A stretch of DNA of 41,436 bases from Candidatus Micrarchaeota archaeon (GTDB lineage: Archaea > Micrarchaeota > Micrarchaeia > Anstonellales > Anstonellaceae), in assembly GCA_964532715.1 (NCBI GenBank), contig CAZHIX010000001.1, positions 25,000 to 66,435 on the forward strand, written 5' to 3'. The notes under the pieces are model-generated. The model did no database searches, was not told the origin of the DNA, and saw nothing but the letters and a program-made list of their open reading frames with translations. A program made the position numbers and the translations under genes. Below, one piece after another: positions 27,198 through 36,368 of the stretch. The first letter of the stretch is position 1. Each line of letters opens with the position of its first letter.

Positions 27198-27533
27198 ATG
27201 GCGGGCAATAAAAATGATGAGAAACCTGAAGTGTTTCTAAAAGAAATACAGTCTGTGTCTCAAGCTGAAAAAAGTGCTCAGAATCTGATCTCTCGTGCGC
27301 AATCTAAAGCTCAAGAACTTATTTCAAATGCTAGCTCTCATGCTGTTTCAATAACTGCAAAAGCATCTAGCGATGCCGTTGAACAAAAAGATAAAATAAT
27401 ACTTGAAAAAAGACAACAAACTGATCAAAAAATACAAAAACTTTTATCCGATGCCCAAATTCAAGCAGATCGTATATCTAAGATGCGTCTTGGTGCTCAG
27501 AAGGCGTCAAGTATTGCCGATTCAATTTTGTAG
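27198..27533 (+). CDS. atpH: A-type ATP synthase subunit H
   Basis: Small charged coiled-coil protein in first position of an HIKECFABD operon. Confidence 0.7.
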   Translation: MAGNKNDEKPEVFLKEIQSVSQAEKSAQNLISRAQSKAQELISNASSHAVSITAKASSDAVEQKDKIILEKRQQTDQKIQKLLSDAQIQADRISKMRLGAQKASSIADSIL

Positions 27534-27550
27534 TTTTATCAAGGGATTAT

Positions 27551-29467
27551 ATGCTTCACCCGATTAAAATGTCAAAAGTTAGGATGATAGGTCTAAATTC
27601 AGACTTAACTGCGGCATTATCTTTGTGGAGACGACTTGGAGTTATAGAACTTAATACATATTCCTATGATGGAGATGAACTTCAGAAAGGTCAATCTCTT
27701 GAACTATATGATAAAATCTCTGAGCACTTGGTAAGAGTTCGTGGAATAAAAAACGCATTACCCCCATCCACCATAACTCCTCTATATATTCCAAATGCTA
27801 TTGAAGAAGCACAAAACTCAAAAATAGGTCCCCAAATTTTGAAAATAAGGCATGATCTAAAACAGTTGTCTGCCAAGCGTGATCCACTGGAAGCAAAAAT
27901 ACGTGAGCTTGAAAGGCTTGCTCCAATAGAATTAGATTTTAGTCTCAAACCACAAACTTTAGATTATTATGTTTTTTCATGTCCAACAAAGTCAATTGAA
28001 AACGTCAAATCAGAGCTCTCAAAAATCACAACTGCATCTGTTTGGTTGCGCTATGATGACCAAAAAAATGCGCAACATTCTCTTTTAGTAATCGCAATAA
28101 AAACCAAGGTGGATATCTCTGCTCTTTGTTCTAAATTGAAATGCACTATTATACAAATTCCAGACTCAGTTCGTGTTCCAAAACAATCCTTATTAGAATC
28201 ACAAAATTTACTTGAATCTATTTCTCACGCACAAAAAAATCTTAATGCTCAATTATTATCTCTTTCTGAAAAATACTACTCAAAAATTGTCGCATTAGAA
28301 GAAGCACTATCACTTGATGCTTCACTAGCTAGAGAAGCATCTAAATTTTCAAATTCACAACAATGTTTTTTTGCAACTGGTTGGGTAAAAGATGCGGACT
28401 TTGCAAAATTTCAAAAAACTACAAACAAACTCTTAAATGGTCGCATAGCTATTCAGAAAATAGATGCATCTGATTTGCATCACGAAATAGCTCCAACCGC
28501 ACTTCAAAATCCAAAAGTCGTAAGACCATTTCAGTTCCTTGTTGAGTTTTTGAATCTTCCTAAATCAGATGAAATTGATCCATCTATTTTACTTATATTT
28601 ACTGTTCCTTTAGCTTATGGTATGATCATGGGCGATGCGGGATACGCGTTAATCAGTTTTCTACTTGCAACATTAATGATTAGCAAAGTCCAAAAAGGCG
28701 GGATGATGTGGCATTTTTCAAAAATATGGCAAATCAGTGCGATTCCTGCCTTCATATTCGGAATTCTGTATGACGAATATTTTGCATTTACACACAAACA
28801 ACTCTTAGGTCAATCATTTTACGAACCAATCGTGCACCGAGTCCATAACGTTGAAGGTTTGCTTGTTTTAACTGTAATGGTAGGCTGGGTATATATCGCA
28901 CTTGGATTTCTACTCGGTGCAATAAACGAGTGGTCTCATTCAAAAAAGCACGCATATGCAAAACTTGCATGGATTATCGTGCAAATCGGCGGGACTCTTG
29001 CGGCCGGTGCATTTTTGCTTGGTGCATTTTCATTTGAGCTTGGAATAATCGGTACTGTTCTTTTATTACTTGGAGTAATCGTAATTGGAATGTTTGAAGG
29101 TGCAGTAGGTCTTGTGGAAATTCCCGGTCTTTCTGCAAATATCATGTCGTTTGCGCGTATCGCCGCAGTTGGAGTTGGGGGCGTGATTTTGGCAGAAGCT
29201 ATAAATTCGTTATTGTTACCCGATCCAAGTATGCTTTCAACCCCGCAGGGCGTGGCTATATTTATAATAACTGCTCTTGCATATTGTGTTGCACATGTTG
29301 CAAACATCGTAATTGCAATGTTTGAGGGTTTTATACATGGTGCAAGATTGTCGGTGGTAGAATTTTTCCAAAAATTCTTTCATGGTGGAGGCAAACTCTT
29401 CAATCCTTTGGTTCTTAGGCGTAACTATACATTGGATTCGGCGCCAGTATCAAAGCAGGATAAGTAA
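27551..29467 (+). CDS. atpI: A-type ATP synthase subunit I (stator a-subunit)
   Basis: 638 aa with a soluble N-terminal half and a polytopic C-terminal half containing the conserved Arg context NIMSFARIAAVG. Confidence 0.9.
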   Translation: MLHPIKMSKVRMIGLNSDLTAALSLWRRLGVIELNTYSYDGDELQKGQSLELYDKISEHLVRVRGIKNALPPSTITPLYIPNAIEEAQNSKIGPQILKIRHDLKQLSAKRDPLEAKIRELERLAPIELDFSLKPQTLDYYVFSCPTKSIENVKSELSKITTASVWLRYDDQKNAQHSLLVIAIKTKVDISALCSKLKCTIIQIPDSVRVPKQSLLESQNLLESISHAQKNLNAQLLSLSEKYYSKIVALEEALSLDASLAREASKFSNSQQCFFATGWVKDADFAKFQKTTNKLLNGRIAIQKIDASDLHHEIAPTALQNPKVVRPFQFLVEFLNLPKSDEIDPSILLIFTVPLAYGMIMGDAGYALISFLLATLMISKVQKGGMMWHFSKIWQISAIPAFIFGILYDEYFAFTHKQLLGQSFYEPIVHRVHNVEGLLVLTVMVGWVYIALGFLLGAINEWSHSKKHAYAKLAWIIVQIGGTLAAGAFLLGAFSFELGIIGTVLLLLGVIVIGMFEGAVGLVEIPGLSANIMSFARIAAVGVGGVILAEAINSLLLPDPSMLSTPQGVAIFIITALAYCVAHVANIVIAMFEGFIHGARLSVVEFFQKFFHGGGKLFNPLVLRRNYTLDSAPVSKQDK

Positions 29468-29512
29468 AAAATCGTATGTAAATAATGTTAAATGTTAATA
29501 AGAGGTGTAAAT

Positions 29513-29779
29513 ATGTCAGATCCAGTAACTACAACTATGGTAGCATCCGAAGCAGGAAGTATTGCAATGGGTGCAGGTTTAGCAATGGCAGGAAGTGCTC
29601 TTGCAACTGCATGGGCTCAAGCATCTATTGGTTCATCCATTATGGGTGTTTTAGCAGAAAAGCCAGAAGAAGCAATGAAGCTTATCGTGTATATGGCGTT
29701 GCCCGAACTTATCGTTCTATTAGGGTTCGTCGTAGCATTCTTGATGCTAAACAAAATTGAGACAACTGCTCACGCATAA
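29513..29779 (+). CDS. atpK: A-type ATP synthase subunit K (proteolipid c, single hairpin)
   Basis: Two TM helices, Gly/Ala-rich helix 1, carboxylate in helix 2 (ALPELIVLLG). AGAGGTG precedes the ATG at 29513. Confidence 0.85.
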   Translation: MSDPVTTTMVASEAGSIAMGAGLAMAGSALATAWAQASIGSSIMGVLAEKPEEAMKLIVYMALPELIVLLGFVVAFLMLNKIETTAHA

Positions 29780-29809
29780 GTTCTCAATCTTTTAGGAGGG
29801 TTGAGATAA

Positions 29810-30448
29810 ATGGGTCTGCATCAAATTTGTGCCCAGATAGAGAGGAATTCAAAGCTCAAGGCATCTTCAATACTCTCTGAGGCAAAACAAGAAGTGCAAA
29901 GAATAGAAGACCTGGCTAAAAAAAGAGCCAGTGAAACTATTACCAATGCTTCAAATCAAGCTTTAAGTTTTTGTGAACTTGAACAAAAAGAGAGACTAAA
30001 CGCTTCTCAAATAGAAGCCTCAAAAATAATAAGCGATGCAAAAAGCGAAGCAGTAAAAAGAGCCGTTGATGAAGTTTGGGAAGTTTACTCTCAATCTTCA
30101 AAAAAATCTGGATACAAACAAAAATTAAAGCAATGGGCACAATTAGCACTTGATGAATTGTCTGTTTCCGGTGCAATACTTCGTGCTAATTCTTCAGACT
30201 CTTCAACTCTTTCTTCACTTGGTTTCAAAGTTGGCGATTCAATAGATTGTTGTGGTGGGTTAATCGCCCAAAGCAAAGACGGGCGAATAATGGTTGACTA
30301 CACACTAGAAGCGCAGTTTGAATCTAAAAAAGAAGAGGTGTCAAAACTTGTTTACTCTACGCTTTTTTCAAATGAGGACTATGTTGCAGATGATGATAGT
30401 CTGGATTCTAGTGCAAAAACCACTAAGAAGTCAAAAGGGAGGCAATGA
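29810..30448 (+). CDS. atpE: A-type ATP synthase subunit E
   Basis: Operon position, helical N-terminus, 212 aa. Confidence 0.75.
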   Translation: MGLHQICAQIERNSKLKASSILSEAKQEVQRIEDLAKKRASETITNASNQALSFCELEQKERLNASQIEASKIISDAKSEAVKRAVDEVWEVYSQSSKKSGYKQKLKQWAQLALDELSVSGAILRANSSDSSTLSSLGFKVGDSIDCCGGLIAQSKDGRIMVDYTLEAQFESKKEEVSKLVYSTLFSNEDYVADDDSLDSSAKTTKKSKGRQ

Positions 30449-30452
30449 GTAA

Positions 30453-31613
30453 ATGATTTCTTTGTTTCTTTTTACAACTATGAGGCGATTTCAGCCAAAA
30501 TTTATTATAAACACTCTGTTGAGTTATATTACTTTTAGGCCTCTTTTGTATGGATATGCAAATGCTCGTGTGCACGGGTTGTATTCAAATTTTCTAACTT
30601 CTTCACAGATGGAAGAAATAATTAACTCTCGTTCAGTCGCATCAATTGCAGAAATTCTTGGAAGAACTTCATACAAAAAAGAGCTAATTGATCTTTCATT
30701 AAAGTTTAGAGGAGAGGAACTAATAGAACTTGCTCTTTCAAAAAACTTTGCAAATTTTGCTCACACGCTTTTGGCTCTTACTCCAAATCAATCAAAGCAT
30801 ATAGTTGACGCAATTATCTCACGTTGGGATGTTCACAATCTCAAAACCATAATTCTTGCAAGAAAACAATCAAAAAAATATGAAGATGTTGCTCCATATC
30901 TGATGCTTGCAGGAACACTCACAAAAGAGCAACTAAAAGGTCTTCTTGAGGCAAATAACTCTGAAGATTTCTATTCAAAACTAAGACTCACTCAATTCGG
31001 AAGTGGTGTTCTTACAATGCCTGCGACAGATGCAAATGGTTCTGTTCGCCAAATGATTTTATCAATGGGGCAAGCACACATTGCACTTGAACCGATATTA
31101 GCAATTTTGGATGTTTATGCATATCATTTGATTGATGATGTAGCAAAGATGTCTCATCGTGAGGCTAAAGAAGTGGCGCCAATACTTGCAAGATATGCAG
31201 ATGAGAAGAACTTAAGCACGGTATTAAGGCTTGCACAGGTGGGCGAATCCGAACAAAAAATGCTTCGTTATCTTGTGCCTGGCGGTTGTGTGTCCGAATC
31301 TAAATGGAGGCATGTTTTTGAATTAAAGCAACCTTCACTAATGCTTTCAAAACTTTCAAGATGTTTGCCAATATCTTCTTTGACAAAATATGAAAAAACA
31401 AAAAAGATTTCTGATATAGAAGTAGAACTCTCGCACGACACTGCAAAGAAGGGAATCATGCAATTTAGAAATGCTCAACTCTCTTTGGGAGTTATCGTGG
31501 GAGCACTTTTGTTAAAAGAACAAGAAGTGGCAAACATAAGAAAAATTGTTCGTTCAAAAGCTCTTGGGCTCTCAAATGAGGAAATTCGCTCAATGATGGT
31601 TTTGGTGAAATGA
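30453..31613 (+). CDS. atpC: A-type ATP synthase subunit C
   Basis: Operon position. YGYANARVHGL is the typical N-terminal motif. 386 aa. Confidence 0.8.
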   Translation: MISLFLFTTMRRFQPKFIINTLLSYITFRPLLYGYANARVHGLYSNFLTSSQMEEIINSRSVASIAEILGRTSYKKELIDLSLKFRGEELIELALSKNFANFAHTLLALTPNQSKHIVDAIISRWDVHNLKTIILARKQSKKYEDVAPYLMLAGTLTKEQLKGLLEANNSEDFYSKLRLTQFGSGVLTMPATDANGSVRQMILSMGQAHIALEPILAILDVYAYHLIDDVAKMSHREAKEVAPILARYADEKNLSTVLRLAQVGESEQKMLRYLVPGGCVSESKWRHVFELKQPSLMLSKLSRCLPISSLTKYEKTKKISDIEVELSHDTAKKGIMQFRNAQLSLGVIVGALLLKEQEVANIRKIVRSKALGLSNEEIRSMMVLVK

Positions 31614-31957
31614 TGCAAAATACTCAAGAATCTCAAATTGCGGTTTTAGGGGATTCATCCCTTACAACTGGTTTCAAGCTTGCAGGAGTTCAAAGACTTT
31701 ATTGTATATCTGAGGAATCACAGGCTCAAAAAACACTTGAAACTTTAATGCAAGATTCAGAAATTGGGATAATCATTGTATCAGAAGAATTACTTGAAAG
31801 TATTGATTGGCGTCTAAAACGAAAAGTGGAAGATGCTGCAAAACCCGTTGTAATATCTGTGCCTTCTAAAAAGGGACCGATGGAACAAGGGGAATCACTT
31901 GCAAAACTCATAAAACGAGCTTTGGGTTTTGATATAATGGGTAAGGATAAAAAATAA
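31610..31957 (+). CDS. atpF: A-type ATP synthase subunit F
   Basis: IAVLGDSSLTTGFKLAGV motif; ATGA overlap with atpC. Confidence 0.82.
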   Translation: MMQNTQESQIAVLGDSSLTTGFKLAGVQRLYCISEESQAQKTLETLMQDSEIGIIIVSEELLESIDWRLKRKVEDAAKPVVISVPSKKGPMEQGESLAKLIKRALGFDIMGKDKK

Positions 31958-31976
31958 TATTTATTGAGGTGTCGCA

Positions 31977-33722
31977 ATGGGAAAGCTGATTAAAATTTCA
32001 GGACCGGTCGTTGAAGCGGAATCAATGTCTAATGCGTCGATGTACGATGTAGTTAAAATTGGTGAAGCAAATCTTACTGGTGAAATTATTCGTATGATTG
32101 GAGATGTCGCAACTATTCAAGTCTATGAGGACACTTCTGGTCTCAAACCTGGAGAAAATGTAGAATCTACAAACATGCCATTGTGCGTAGAACTTGGACC
32201 TGGACTTCTTACCTCAATTTACGATGGGATTCAACGTCCCCTAGAAGCAATTGCAGATGTGGCAAAAGGTCCTTACATTACCCGAGGTATCAGCGTTCCT
32301 TCAATAGATAGAAAGAAAAAATGGGAATTTGTTCCAACAATGCAAGTAGGTTCAAAAGTAAAAAAAGGAGACATTCTTGGTACTGTTCAGGAAACCGAAC
32401 TTATAGTTCACAAAATTCTCTCTCCAGTTGACGGAGTGTTAAAAACAATAAAAAGCGGTAAATACACCGTTGAGGATCAAATAGCAACAATAGACTCAGC
32501 ATCTCAAAAAATCTCTGTGCAAATGCTTGTGAGACACAATGTGCGAAAATCACGTCCTGTTCAAGAAAAGCTTGATCCAACGATTCCGCTCATTACTGGT
32601 CAGAGAATTGTTGATACATTTTTCCCAATTGCAAAAGGTGGAACATGTGCTATTCCTGGTCCATTTGGTTCTGGAAAAACAGTCGCTCAACATCAATTTG
32701 CAAAATGGTCTGACACACAAATTGTGGTATATATCGGTTGTGGTGAACGAGGAAATGAAATGACTGATGTGCTCACAGAATTTCCACACCTAATTGACCC
32801 AAAAACTAACAAACCATTGATGCAAAGAACTGTTCTTATTGCAAATACTTCAAACATGCCAGTAGCTGCAAGAGAAGCGTCGGTATATACTGGAATAACA
32901 ATTGCCGAATATTATCGCGATATGGGTTATGATGTATCTTTAATGGCAGATTCAACTTCAAGATGGGCGGAAGCAATGCGTGAAATTGGTGGTCGTCTTG
33001 AAGAAATGCCTGGTGAAGAAGGGTATCCTGCATATCTTGCAAGAAGACTTGCAGAATTTTATGAGCGAGCAGGGCGAGTAAGAACTCTTGGCTCTGATGA
33101 GCGCTATGGTTCAGTAACAGTTATCGGTGCAGTATCTCCGCCCGGTGGAGATATCAACGAACCTGTATCGCAAAACACATTACGTGTTACAAAAGTCTTT
33201 TTAGCACTTCAAGCAGCTTTGGCACAAAGAAGACACTTTCCAGCATTTCATTGGTTATCCTCATATTCGCTTTATGGAGACTCGCTAGATAAATGGTTTA
33301 CTCAAAACATTTCTTCTGATTGGGTTTCACTAAGAAAAGAAGCCATGGCTCTTTTGCAAAAAGAAGCAGAATTGCAAGAGGTTGTACAATTGGTCGGTCC
33401 AGATGCACTTCCTGAAAAAGAACAGGTTATTCTGATTTCAACAAAAATGTTGCGTGAAGACTTTTTGCAACAAAATGCATATTCTGATATTGACACTTTT
33501 TGCTCTTTGAAAAAACAATATCTCATGTTAAGAAACATATTGCGATTCAACAGTCAGGCACAATCTGCAATAGACTTAGGTATTCAATTAAAGAAAATAA
33601 ACGAAATGTCAATTCGCGAAAAAATATCAAGAATGAAAGAAATTTCTGAAGACAATATTAGTGAAGTTGAGGCGCTCTACTCAAAGCTTGATGCGGAGTT
33701 TGAGTCACTTTCAAAAAAATAG
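31977..33722 (+). CDS. atpA: A-type ATP synthase catalytic subunit A
   Basis: Walker A GPFGSGKT, then [16 protein letters not shown] and PPGGD. 581 aa, no intein. Confidence 0.97.
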   Translation: MGKLIKISGPVVEAESMSNASMYDVVKIGEANLTGEIIRMIGDVATIQVYEDTSGLKPGENVESTNMPLCVELGPGLLTSIYDGIQRPLEAIADVAKGPYITRGISVPSIDRKKKWEFVPTMQVGSKVKKGDILGTVQETELIVHKILSPVDGVLKTIKSGKYTVEDQIATIDSASQKISVQMLVRHNVRKSRPVQEKLDPTIPLITGQRIVDTFFPIAKGGTCAIPGPFGSGKTVAQHQFAKWSDTQIVVYIGCGERGNEMTDVLTEFPHLIDPKTNKPLMQRTVLIANTSNMPVAAREASVYTGITIAEYYRDMGYDVSLMADSTSRWAEAMREIGGRLEEMPGEEGYPAYLARRLAEFYERAGRVRTLGSDERYGSVTVIGAVSPPGGDINEPVSQNTLRVTKVFLALQAALAQRRHFPAFHWLSSYSLYGDSLDKWFTQNISSDWVSLRKEAMALLQKEAELQEVVQLVGPDALPEKEQVILISTKMLREDFLQQNAYSDIDTFCSLKKQYLMLRNILRFNSQAQSAIDLGIQLKKINEMSIREKISRMKEISEDNISEVEALYSKLDAEFESLSKK

Positions 33723-33731
33723 GGTGATGCT

Positions 33732-35333
33732 ATGAAAGAATATAAAACGGTAAACAAAATCGCAGGTCCCCTTGTGTTCGTTTCAGATGTTAAAGATGTT
33801 GCCTACAACGAGCTTGTTCAGATCAAAATAGCATCTGGCGAAATTCGTATGGGTCAAGTTCTTGAATCATCAAAAGGTTTGGCGGTGGTTCAAGTTTTCG
33901 GTCCTACTGATGGAATTTCTGTTTCAAGCACGAAAGTAAAGTTTTTAGGTGAAACAATTAAACTTGGGGTATCTACTCAAATGCTTGGTCGTGTTTTTGA
34001 TGGAATGGGTCGCCCAAAAGATAAAGGTCCAAAAATAGAGCCAGACGATCGTTTGGATATAAACGGTGCACCACTAAATCCTTATTCTCGTGATTTTCCA
34101 AAAGATTTTATTCAAACAGGAGTTTCAACAATCGATGGTCTAAACACACTAATCCGTGGTCAGAAATTACCTATTTTCTCAGGTTCTGGTCTTCCACACA
34201 ATGATTTGGCTGTTCAGATCGCACGTCAGGCAAAAGTGGTTTCAAAAGAAAAAGAGGATTTTGCAGTGGTGTTCGCAGCAGTAGGTATTACCCATGAGGA
34301 AAGTTCATTTTTTATGCGTGAATTCAAAAAGACAGGCGCGCTTGATCATGCAGTTTTGTTTTTGAATTTGGCAGACGATCCATCTGTTGAGCGAATTATT
34401 ACTCCTCGTCTTGCTCTAACGACTGCTGAATATCTTGCTTATGAAAAAGATATGCACGTTCTTGTCATCATTACTGATATGACTAATTATTGCGAGGCAT
34501 TACGTGAAATCGCAGCTGCTCGTGAAGAAGTTCCTGGAAGAAGAGGGTACCCCGGATACATGTATACAGATCTTTCAACAATTTATGAGCGCGCAGGCCG
34601 TGTAAAAGGAAAGCGTGGAACAGTTACTCAGCTATCAATTTTGACAATGCCTGGTGATGATAAAACACATCCAATCCCCGATTTGACTGGTTATATTACT
34701 GAAGGACAAATCGTGCTTGGGCGTGATCTGCACCGAAAAGGCATATATCCTCCAGTTGATGTATTACCTTGTCTTTCAAGACTTATGGGTCCAAACATAG
34801 GAGAAAACAAAACACGTGAGGATCACAAGGGAATTGCAGATCAGCTTTATGCTGCCTATGCGACTGGTCGTGATCTTCGCTCACTTTCAGCTGTTGTTGG
34901 TGCAGAAGCATTATCAGAAACAGATAGAAAATATCTGGAATTTGCAGATATGTTTGAAGATAAATTCATAAGACAAGCACACGAAGAAAATCGCTCAATT
35001 GAGGATACACTTGAATTGGGCTGGAAACTTTTATCCACATTGCCTGTGTCTGAGCTCACTCGTCTAAAGACTGCGCATATAGAAAAATATGGTAAGAAAT
35101 ATATCAACAACACATCTGATGATTCAACACAAAAAATTTCTACAAATGCAGAACCTGAAGAAAATAAAGATACTGAATCTCTAAAGACTAGCGAAAAAAC
35201 ACTTGAAACTGTCAAAAAAGATTCTGATTCTTCAAAAAAAGTTGAACAAAAAATTGACAACATAATTCCAGAGTCGGATATATTGGATGAAATAAGTCCA
35301 GAGGATTTAAAATCATCTGAGCAATCATCTTAA
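33732..35333 (+). CDS. atpB: A-type ATP synthase subunit B with ~77-aa acidic/Ser-rich C-terminal extension
   Basis: Conserved B-subunit core ([25 protein letters not shown]). The tail starts at about 35100. Confidence 0.95.
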   Translation: MKEYKTVNKIAGPLVFVSDVKDVAYNELVQIKIASGEIRMGQVLESSKGLAVVQVFGPTDGISVSSTKVKFLGETIKLGVSTQMLGRVFDGMGRPKDKGPKIEPDDRLDINGAPLNPYSRDFPKDFIQTGVSTIDGLNTLIRGQKLPIFSGSGLPHNDLAVQIARQAKVVSKEKEDFAVVFAAVGITHEESSFFMREFKKTGALDHAVLFLNLADDPSVERIITPRLALTTAEYLAYEKDMHVLVIITDMTNYCEALREIAAAREEVPGRRGYPGYMYTDLSTIYERAGRVKGKRGTVTQLSILTMPGDDKTHPIPDLTGYITEGQIVLGRDLHRKGIYPPVDVLPCLSRLMGPNIGENKTREDHKGIADQLYAAYATGRDLRSLSAVVGAEALSETDRKYLEFADMFEDKFIRQAHEENRSIEDTLELGWKLLSTLPVSELTRLKTAHIEKYGKKYINNTSDDSTQKISTNAEPEENKDTESLKTSEKTLETVKKDSDSSKKVEQKIDNIIPESDILDEISPEDLKSSEQSS

Positions 35334-35349
35334 ATACAAGGGATAGAAA

Positions 35350-36027
35350 ATGGCAGAAACTCCAAATCCAACAAGAATGGAGCTCATATCTTCAAGAGCT
35401 CGCATAAAACTTGCAAAAAAGGGGCACAAACTTCTAAAGCAAAAGCGAGATGTCTTGATTATGGAGTTTTTTAAAATTCTATCAAAGGCAAAGGATTTGC
35501 GAACCGAGCTAAATTCGGCAATGGCAGATGCATACAAATCAATTGCAATTGCACAAGCATATCATGGAGTTGCAGAAGTTGAGAACATTTCTATGTCTGT
35601 TTCGTCTGCGCCAAATGTTTGTATTGAAGTAAAGAATGTAATGGGTTTGAAAATTTCAAAAATAGAATCTGAGTCTTATGAACTAAAACCACTTACAAAA
35701 CGAGGATACTCCATCGTAGGCACATCTGCAAAAATTGATGATGCATCTGAATCATTTACAACTGCTCTAAATCTTGTTATCAGACTTGCAGAAACTGAAA
35801 ATGCAATACGAAAGCTTATTCGTGAAATTGAAAAAACAAAGCGTCGTGTAAATGCACTTGAGTTTGTTCTTATTCCACGTTTAACTGAACAATCTGCACA
35901 AATTCAGTTCAGGCTTGAAGAAATGGAAAGAGATTCTTTTGTAATGCTCAAAACAATAAAACGAAAACTACGTGCAAACGAGGAGCGAAAAAAACTCAAA
36001 GGCGCAAGTGGTGTAGGTTCAAATTAG
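35350..36027 (+). CDS. atpD: A-type ATP synthase subunit D
   Basis: PTRMELISSRARIKLAKKGHKLLKQKRD is the typical N-terminus; last position in the operon. Confidence 0.9.
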   Translation: MAETPNPTRMELISSRARIKLAKKGHKLLKQKRDVLIMEFFKILSKAKDLRTELNSAMADAYKSIAIAQAYHGVAEVENISMSVSSAPNVCIEVKNVMGLKISKIESESYELKPLTKRGYSIVGTSAKIDDASESFTTALNLVIRLAETENAIRKLIREIEKTKRRVNALEFVLIPRLTEQSAQIQFRLEEMERDSFVMLKTIKRKLRANEERKKLKGASGVGSN

Positions 36028-36368
36028 ACAGGTTCTTTGTGTAGTGATGCATTTGTTTTTCTTTTTCTACATGTTCTTGTGTGTTTTTTTGTGAAATTTT
36101 GTTTTTAATTTGTGATAATATTTGATCTCTTTTGTTTAGACGTTGTATTTGTATAATGTTCATTTCAACTCTCTTTAGGATTCGAATGCTCTTATAAAAA
36201 ATCTAATGCGATGTATTTATAGTTTTTCAAGTATTGAACCCTTGCATTACAAAATGAAAAAAATTTTAGGAATAATATAGGCTATTAGTATGTATCAATC
36301 TTAGTTGTTTGCGAGTCTTTATCAACTATTTAGTAATTATCTAGTAATTATTTATTGAGGTGTGTTAA

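Noticed and set aside
27691-35537. Antisense or alternate-frame ORFs inside atp genes (for example 28936-29307, 29485-29760, 31726-31977, 34856-35263, 35325-35537)
   Set aside because: They are fully embedded in strongly conserved ATP synthase genes, and their compositions are the mirror image of the sense frame. They are shadow ORFs.
35996-36163. 55-aa Lys/Gln-rich antisense ORF in the 340-bp gap after atpD
   Set aside because: It overlaps the atpD 3' end by 32 nt, has low-complexity AT-driven codons, no RBS and no motif. It is probably non-coding terminator/promoter space for atp and pepN.
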